The notes beneath the pieces are model-generated. The model did not search any database, had not been told where the DNA came from, and saw nothing but the letters and a program-made list of their open reading frames with translations. A program made the position numbers and the translations under genes. A DNA stretch of 64,000 bases from Nocardioides sp. (GTDB taxonomy: Bacteria; Actinomycetota; Actinomycetes; Propionibacteriales; Nocardioidaceae), in contig NZ_JASGET010000118.1 of assembly GCF_047606145.1 (NCBI RefSeq), forward strand, positions 34,713-98,712, in the 5' to 3' direction. Positions 60,906 to 64,000 of the stretch are shown in pieces (within the stretch, counting starts at the first letter, position 1; each line of letters opens with the position of its first letter).

Positions 60906-63093
60906 GAAGCGGACCCACACCAGGAGCACGACCGTCGGCACACCCGTCTCGGATGCCGCCGGCCGGGTCCGCTACGTCCTGCCCGAGCTACGGGGCTCCT
61001 GGGCGCGAGCGGTCGCGATCGAGGACGCACTCGACGAGGTGGACGGAGTGCTGACCTCGCAGGCGTTCCCGCGGACCGGGTCGGTCGTGATCTGGCTCCG
61101 CCCGGGAGCGAACCGAGAGGCGGTGGCGGTCGCCATCGCCGCAGGCACCGTCACCGGGAGTAGCGCGGCGGTGCACCGACTGCCCCGTTCGGCCGACGTC
61201 GCGGCCGGCGACCTGGCGCGGATGGTCGTCGGCGGTGCGGCCCTGGTCCTGCTCGGCCTGCGCCGCGGCGTCGCCCGGCGGCCGGCGATCCTGGGGCCGG
61301 GCGCTCGGACGGTGGCCACCGGGGTCACGATCTTCACCGGCTATCCCTTCCTTCGTGGCGCACTCCGGGCACTGACCGGGCGGCGGGCACCGGGGACCGA
61401 CGCCCTGGTGTCGGCGGCCACGGTGGCCAGCCTGGTGCTCCGGGAGAACGTGGTGGCGCTGACGGTGCTGTGGCTGCTGAACATCGGGGAGTACCTCCAG
61501 GACCTCACCCTGCGGCGGACGCGGCGCGCCATCCGGGACCTTCTCACCGGTTCCCACACCGAGGCGTGGACGCTGGCCGAGGACGGCAGCGAACGCCTGG
61601 TCGACGTCACCGGCCTCCAGGTCGGCGACCGGGTGGTGATCCACGAGCACGTCGCGCTCCCGGTCGACGGGGTGGTGGTCAGCGGCGACGGGCTTCTCGA
61701 CACCTCGGCACTCACCGGTGAGCCGCTGCCGACGGCCATCGGGCCGGGTCAGCGGGTGCACGCCGGCTCGGTGCTCGTCCGCGGCCGGCTGGTGGTGCGC
61801 GCCGAGGCCGTCGGCGCCGAGACGGCGATCGGTCGGATCATCGCCCGGATCGAGGAGGCGCAGGCCGACCGGGCACCGATCCAGACCGTCGGCGAGACCT
61901 TCTCCCGGCGGTTCGTGCCGTTCTCCTTCGCGCTCGCCGGTGGCACCCTTCTCCTGACCCGGGACGTACGCCGGGCGATGACGATGCTCCTGGTCGCGTG
62001 CCCGTGCGCGGTCGGGCTCTCGACGCCCACCGCCATCAGCGCGGCGATCGGCAACGGCGCCCGCCGCGGCATCCTGATCAAGGGCGGCTCCCACCTCGAA
62101 GCCGCCGGGCGGATCGACGCGGTGATCTTCGACAAGACCGGCACCCTGACGACCGGCCGCCCGATCGTGACCAACGTCGTCTCCTTCGACCCGCGCTGGC
62201 AGCCGGAGCAGGTGCTGGCCTACGCCGCCAGCTCCGAGATCCACTCACGCCATCCGCTCGCGCAGGCGGTGATCCGCTCCACCGAGGAGCGCCACATCGC
62301 GATCCCCCCGCACGAGGAGTGTGAGGTCCTGCTGGGGCTGGGCATGCGCACCCAGGCCGACGGCCGCACGCTGCTGCTCGGCAGTCCCGAGCTGTTGGAG
62401 TCCGAGGAGGTCGAGGTCCCGGACGAGGCCCGCGCCTGGGTGGGCAGGCTGCAGCGCGACGCGGAGACCCCGCTGCTCCTCGGTGTCGATGGGCGGCTGG
62501 TGGGTCTGCTCAGCCTTCGGGACACGCCGCGCCCGGAGGCCAGCACGGTGCTCGCCGGCCTCCGCGACCGCGGGGTGAGGCGGATCGTGATGCTCACCGG
62601 CGACCACCCCGAGACCGCGGCCGCCGTGGCCGCCGAGCTCGGGATCGCGGAGTGGCGCGCCCAGGCGATGCCGGAGGACAAGCAGAGCGTCGTCGACCTG
62701 CTCCATGCCGAGGGTCACACGGTCGCCGTCGTCGGCGACGGCACCAACGACGCCCCGGCGCTGGCCAGCGCCGACATCGGCATCGCCATGGGGATCTCCG
62801 GGACCGACGTCGCCGTCGAGACCGCGGACGCGGCGCTGGCCGGCGATGACCTCACCCGGTTGCTCGACCTCCGCGACCTCGGCGGCACCGCGGTCGGGGT
62901 GATCCGGCAGAACTACTCCATGTCGATAGCGGTCAACGCCGCCGGACTCCTGGTCAGCGCCGCGGGGGGACTCTCACCCGTGCTGGCCGCGATCCTGCAC
63001 AACGCCTCCTCGCTGGCCGTGGTGGCCAACAGCACCCGGATCACGCGGACCGGGCTGACCCCACCGACGGCGGCACACCTCGACCAGGAGTAG
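60889..63093 (+). CDS. heavy-metal-translocating P1B-type ATPase
   Basis: The motifs are TGEPLP, ACPCAVG, DKTGTLT and GDGTNDAPAL. The N-terminal HMA-like fold lacks CxxC. TTG 60883 is an alternative start. Confidence 0.95.
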   Translation: MTTSTEKRTHTRSTTVGTPVSDAAGRVRYVLPELRGSWARAVAIEDALDEVDGVLTSQAFPRTGSVVIWLRPGANREAVAVAIAAGTVTGSSAAVHRLPRSADVAAGDLARMVVGGAALVLLGLRRGVARRPAILGPGARTVATGVTIFTGYPFLRGALRALTGRRAPGTDALVSAATVASLVLRENVVALTVLWLLNIGEYLQDLTLRRTRRAIRDLLTGSHTEAWTLAEDGSERLVDVTGLQVGDRVVIHEHVALPVDGVVVSGDGLLDTSALTGEPLPTAIGPGQRVHAGSVLVRGRLVVRAEAVGAETAIGRIIARIEEAQADRAPIQTVGETFSRRFVPFSFALAGGTLLLTRDVRRAMTMLLVACPCAVGLSTPTAISAAIGNGARRGILIKGGSHLEAAGRIDAVIFDKTGTLTTGRPIVTNVVSFDPRWQPEQVLAYAASSEIHSRHPLAQAVIRSTEERHIAIPPHEECEVLLGLGMRTQADGRTLLLGSPELLESEEVEVPDEARAWVGRLQRDAETPLLLGVDGRLVGLLSLRDTPRPEASTVLAGLRDRGVRRIVMLTGDHPETAAAVAAELGIAEWRAQAMPEDKQSVVDLLHAEGHTVAVVGDGTNDAPALASADIGIAMGISGTDVAVETADAALAGDDLTRLLDLRDLGGTAVGVIRQNYSMSIAVNAAGLLVSAAGGLSPVLAAILHNASSLAVVANSTRITRTGLTPPTAAHLDQE

Positions 63094-63834
63094 CGCGACC
63101 GCGACCGGCACGGTCGCGGGCAACTCGTCCACGACCAGGAAGAGCAGATCGAAGACGGCCGAGAGGGCCAGCACCAGCAGGGCGACCGGCCACCGTCGCC
63201 TCGGCGCGACCAGACAGCCCAGGACGGCGGCGACGAACAGGTCGCCGTACCCGATCAGTGCGGATCCGAAGACGGCCACCTGCAGGTGTGGCAGACCCGC
63301 CCCCGGCGAGGCGGCGTTGAGCGTGTCGTTGGGGCCGGCCAGCGCCTGGGAGAAGACCAGGACGGCGTCGAGCGCCGCCATCACGACCAGCCCGACCTTC
63401 AGCAGCGGGGCGGGCGCGAGAGCTGCGAGGTAGGAGGCGACGGCGCAGGCACTCAGCGCCGTCAGCGCGCTCGCCGCCGCCTGACCGACGAGCTCGCCGC
63501 GCAGTCCCCAACCGAGCCCGAGGAGGACCGCGGTCCCGAGGATCGCCACGGTGATCCTCAGCCCGGCGGGCAGGCGGTCCGGCAGCGCCGCACCGGCGGC
63601 CACGGCCGCCATCAGCGGTACGCCGACGGCCGCGAGCCAGGCATAGCCCAGCCCCAACCCCGGGGCCACCGCCAGGACCGCGATCGTGCCGCCGAGCGAG
63701 ACCGGCAGCAGCAGCCACGCCCACGCCGAGGAACGCAGCCGGGCCAGCGCGGCCGGCAGACGCGGTCGGGGACCGCACACCAGGCTCGCCTGGGTCGCCA
63801 CCAACACCGCGTCGGAGGGCCAGAAGGCGAGCAC
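62974..63834 (-). CDS. polytopic membrane protein, unknown function
   Basis: There are at least 7 hydrophobic segments, and the start is GTG 63834. The C-terminal roughly 40 aa overlap the ATPase 3' end and look non-conserved. Confidence 0.6.
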   Translation of the reverse strand: MLAFWPSDAVLVATQASLVCGPRPRLPAALARLRSSAWAWLLLPVSLGGTIAVLAVAPGLGLGYAWLAAVGVPLMAAVAAGAALPDRLPAGLRITVAILGTAVLLGLGWGLRGELVGQAAASALTALSACAVASYLAALAPAPLLKVGLVVMAALDAVLVFSQALAGPNDTLNAASPGAGLPHLQVAVFGSALIGYGDLFVAAVLGCLVAPRRRWPVALLVLALSAVFDLLFLVVDELPATVPVAVALLLVEVCRRRWGQPGPRDPGAVGHHGQRGGVVQDRGQHG

Positions 63835-63874
63835 CCGGTCAACCTAGCCTCGTGGCCTGAGAACGCCGGCGCTC

Positions 63875-64000
63875 TCACGCCTCCCCGACGCCGACCGCGG
63901 CCGGGATCGCCCGGACGCGGGCGCGCGACCAGCCGTGGCTGCTCCGCCAGGCGCCGATGGTCCGGCAGACCAGGTAGATGAGGAAGGAGATGGTGGTGAC
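63875..64000 (-). CDS. 3' end of a membrane protein gene (partial, continues beyond window)
   Basis: The minus-strand frame reads ...VTTISFLIYLVCRTIGAWRSSHGW...GVGEA*, with nearly 100% GC3. Confidence 0.6.
   Translation of the reverse strand, partial: VTTISFLIYLVCRTIGAWRSSHGWSRARVRAIPAAVGVGEA

Overview
High-GC (about 70%) actinobacterial-type DNA, read by eye from the sequence and the ORF track. No database searches were run, so all family names come from motif recognition. The window falls into four blocks. (1) 1-9034: a co-directional, translationally coupled operon that looks like a small-molecule biosynthetic cluster. It encodes an NDK-like protein, a nucleotidyltransferase, a YqcI/YcgG-like domain fused to a FemAB-like GNAT, two more FemAB-like GNAT paralogs, an MFS exporter, a TauD-type dioxygenase and a HisC-like aminotransferase. 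(2) 9448-20385: a complete actinobacterial Tad/Flp pilus locus (CpaB, CpaE-like, CpaF, TadB, TadC, Flp-like pilin, three TadE/G-like proteins, LysM+BTAD protein). (3) about 20.4-48.3 kb: an uninterrupted run of roughly 30 same-strand genes typical of a T4SS-type integrative conjugative element. These include Prim-Pol/DUF2637/HTH, a ParB-like protein, an SLT+NlpC/P60 hydrolase, a TrbL/VirB6-like protein, a split VirB4, a coupling protein, ArdC-like and PAPS-reductase-like proteins, two SSBs, and a very large MTase+SNF2 helicase. The run ends in a large serine recombinase whose ORF reads into an antisense tRNA-Glu, and tRNA-Phe follows. An AbiEi/AbiEii toxin-antitoxin cassette with its own low-GC promoter sits between the two VirB4 halves. 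(4) 48.7-64 kb: ordinary, partly decayed chromosome with metal-homeostasis genes (CsoR-family repressor with two operators plus MMPL, a second MMPL, a NarL-type two-component system, a Fur/Zur-like regulator, an S18 paralog, and DUF1490 plus a P1B ATPase). The most noteworthy points are: the Tad pilus locus lying contiguous with the conjugation genes; tRNA-Glu-like relics and G4W2C4 palindromes at candidate element boundaries; the absence of a recognisable relaxase; frame discontinuities at both ends of the MTase-helicase gene; and the unusual FemAB-rich biosynthetic operon.
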